Shown here one piece after another: positions 61,563 to 64,000 of a DNA stretch of 64,000 nucleotides. The notes under the pieces are model-generated. The model did no database searches and had not been told where the DNA came from. It saw only the letters and a list, made by a program, of their open reading frames with translations. How positions within the stretch are numbered: the stretch's first letter is position 1; each line of letters begins with the position of its first letter. Both the position numbers and the translations under genes were made by a program. The DNA comes from Tubulanus polymorphus (taxonomy: Eukaryota > Animalia > Nemertea): NCBI RefSeq assembly GCF_964204645.1, contig NC_134028.1, forward strand, positions 15,259,653-15,323,652, written 5' to 3'.

Positions 61563-62709
61563 ACGCTTAGAAAACCGGTTACTCTCGATCTATGTCAAAC
61601 CGCCTATATTTAATTGTATTAGGTTGTTTACAAAAGCATCTGTCGCACGTTATATTCAGTTGAATAGGGTGTATCTCATTTGAATATTGATCAAATGTTC
61701 TATTTCAGTTGAAATAGATTAATCAATAACATTACAAAGGAACATCTGTTGCACAGACGGTGTTTAGCTAGTGAATAACTGGCAGTTATAAACACGCAGC
61801 ACATAAGCATAGGAACGTATAGGATATTCTCTCTATAAACACAATTTTTGGAGTTTACAGTTATAAATGTAAGTACTGTTTTTGTTGTTATTAAGGCGTT
61901 GGGAAACGTTAAACATGTAAAACTTATTTTGGTAAAATGCATCACAAATGGCTATGTTTAAGTGCTGTAATTAATATTTTACAACTACAACTTCAAGTTA
62001 GTTTTATTCTACGTTAGATATTTATCTTTTAGATAACAAAATGAAGGCCATTGAATCAAGAAAGTGAAGATAGATGGATGTGGAATCAGAAATTATGGAT
62101 ATTTCAACTCATGAGACTGTAGCAGTTTAGCCTGTATAGGCTTCCAATGCATTACGTTTGCCGGAATTTCAATTGCGTCATTAAGCTGTTGTTAATGCCA
62201 CACAGTGACAGATGTTGTATTGTACTTTATTGATTCCTGCATTCCACGCATACCTTACCGCTCGGCTGCCGAGCGGCTTGGAATGTGGAAATCGATAATG
62301 ATTGTAGAATAAAATATACGTGTGTTTATGAAATAGTATTTCCACCAGTCGTTTCTTTGAATTTATTTTCAGTTTTTAGGATTTATTTATCGAGAATCCG
62401 AAATGACTTATCTGGACAGTTATAATTACTGCTCCTATAGATAAACAATAGTAGTGAGATAATCTAAATCCTAATTTAAATAAAATATAATAAAAAAACA
62501 ATAACTTCAACTAGCTAGTGAATTCTATTATATTTTTAATACTTTCTTTTCAAAAGAGAATACTTTATATTTTGAATAGATCCGAATAGAAATTCTTTAG
62601 CTTTAACTAGCTAGTATCAGTAGTCAATACTAGAATTCTTTAACTTTAACTATCTAGTATCATTTTATAATACTTATAATATTTTTCTTATTAAATTTCT
62701 CTAATATAA

Positions 62710-63315
62710 ATGTCAAAGATATCTAATAAGAATAGTATTGATATTGAAAAAACATTAGATGATTTGGGCATAAGTGATAATAAAGATACAGTTGTTTCTA
62801 ATTCTATTCAAGTTAATAACAATATTGATTATGAATACTATTTATATTGTAAGCATCATCTTCAATTATTAATTGCTGGCGGGAAATCTAAGGATTTCTT
62901 GGGAAAAATTTTAACTTATCAAGAACTAGATGCTATGAAACCCGATAAAGTAATAAAATATTTTAAGATTTATGAAGAGGCAAGATTAGCCCGAATAAAT
63001 GATTCTATTTCAGATGGTATTGTCAAATGTTATTCTAAGTTATGTAACCAGTTAATACCAATTGATGATGAAAATAAATTATATAGTGATTTGAAAAATG
63101 ACTACTTAGTTATGACTGAATTACAAAAATGGGTTGGTTATGCTTCATTTCAATTAGGATCGGTTATGACATTAATTTCTACTGGTGTCATAACATTTTC
63201 GAACATAGAGCCGCCTATGGAATATAAATCAGGCAAGAACGAAACAGATGTACTACAACCAAACGTCGAAACAGAAAATAAATCAGAACAAAAATTAACT
63301 AAAATAAATCAGTGA
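62710..63315 (+). CDS. Polinton conserved hypothetical protein, homolog of 26276-26881
   Basis: Intact 201-aa ORF with TAAATG start and extensive identity to the first element's gene. Confidence 0.85.
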   Translation: MSKISNKNSIDIEKTLDDLGISDNKDTVVSNSIQVNNNIDYEYYLYCKHHLQLLIAGGKSKDFLGKILTYQELDAMKPDKVIKYFKIYEEARLARINDSISDGIVKCYSKLCNQLIPIDDENKLYSDLKNDYLVMTELQKWVGYASFQLGSVMTLISTGVITFSNIEPPMEYKSGKNETDVLQPNVETENKSEQKLTKINQ

Positions 63316-63676
63316 TGGAGTTAAGAAAAAGGCTAGATCCGAGAAACAAATTAAATGGGCAAGAGAATTAGGTAAAAGATCTTCAGAATTAAAAAAAGCT
63401 AAGAAAAAGAAATTAACTGATATAAATGAATCACAGACTTTATCTGATATTGATTCAAATAATAATCCATCTGATTCTTCTAATGCTGGAAGTAATTTTA
63501 AATTATATATTACAATTGGATTAGTAACAGTTACTATATTATCCGGTGTAATATATTAATCAAAATTCAAATCTAATGATAAATATGATTCCAATGACAA
63601 TAAACCTATTATACCAGAAAATAAATCAAATGATAAAGTCATTGAAAATAAACCAAGATTATTATTAATGGATTAA
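63308..63676 (+). pseudogene. Homolog of the 122-aa membrane protein, start lost and internal stop
   Basis: TAAATC replaces TAAATG. KKKARSEKQIKWARELG aligns with KKKPRTQKQIEWSRQLG. TM segment, TAA at 63557, ends LMD*. Confidence 0.75.
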
Positions 63677-63682
63677 AATAAG

Positions 63683-64000
63683 ATGAAAAAAGAACAATAT
63701 TTAAGAGATTAATATTATAACCCAGAAAGTGAAGTATCATATTCTAACGTTACAGAATTATGGGGTAAAATTAAATCTGATAAGGAAAATGGCAATGTAA
63801 AATATAGTGAATTGAAATCATGGTTACAAAATCAACCAACATATCAAATCCACAAGAAAATGGATAAAACTTATTTAACAAGAAAAGTTATGGTTTCATA
63901 TATCGATCAACAATGGCAAGCAGATTTAATTGACATGAAGAACTTAGAAGAATACAACAAAGGATATTTCCGGATATTAAATGTTATAGACATATTCAGT
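63683..64000 (+). pseudogene. RVE integrase N-terminal part with internal stop
   Basis: MKKEQYLRD*YYNPES...QPTYQIHKK...VSYIDQQWQADLIDM...LNVIDIFS aligns with 27742-28869. Confidence 0.88.

Larger units (their letters stand above)
60675..64000 (+). mobile_element. Second, divergent and decayed Polinton, running off the window; left TIR not visible
   Basis: Homologs of the 201-aa, 122-aa and integrase genes, TAAATG starts, and non-coding motifs shared with 25111-25942. Confidence 0.85.

Overview
Animal genomic DNA, probably an invertebrate, with a two-coding-exon FoxJ1 gene (10456-15137) followed by a dense transposon region. The main feature is a complete, very AT-rich 17,164-bp Maverick/Polinton-type endogenous virus (24591-41754) with perfect 90-bp TIRs and a 6-bp TSD (CACAAG). 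It encodes protein-primed PolB, a chromodomain RVE integrase, a packaging ATPase, major and minor capsid proteins and a cluster of membrane proteins. Several traits point to dependence on a poxvirus-like or giant helper virus: a LAGLIDADG intein in the PolB catalytic motif (YFD|intein|TDA), a VLTF3-like late transcription factor, and a TAAATG motif at 14 of 15 gene starts. It also carries a structured non-coding cassette partly conserved in a second, rearranged and decayed Polinton at the window end (~60.7-64 kb). The Polinton sits inside a TIR DNA transposon, which sits inside a Ty3/Gypsy gag. Other elements are an OTU-Helitron relic, a Penelope fragment with hammerhead ribozymes, several MITE/foldback elements and a SAM-domain pseudogene. 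All family assignments come from motif recognition by eye; no database search was run.
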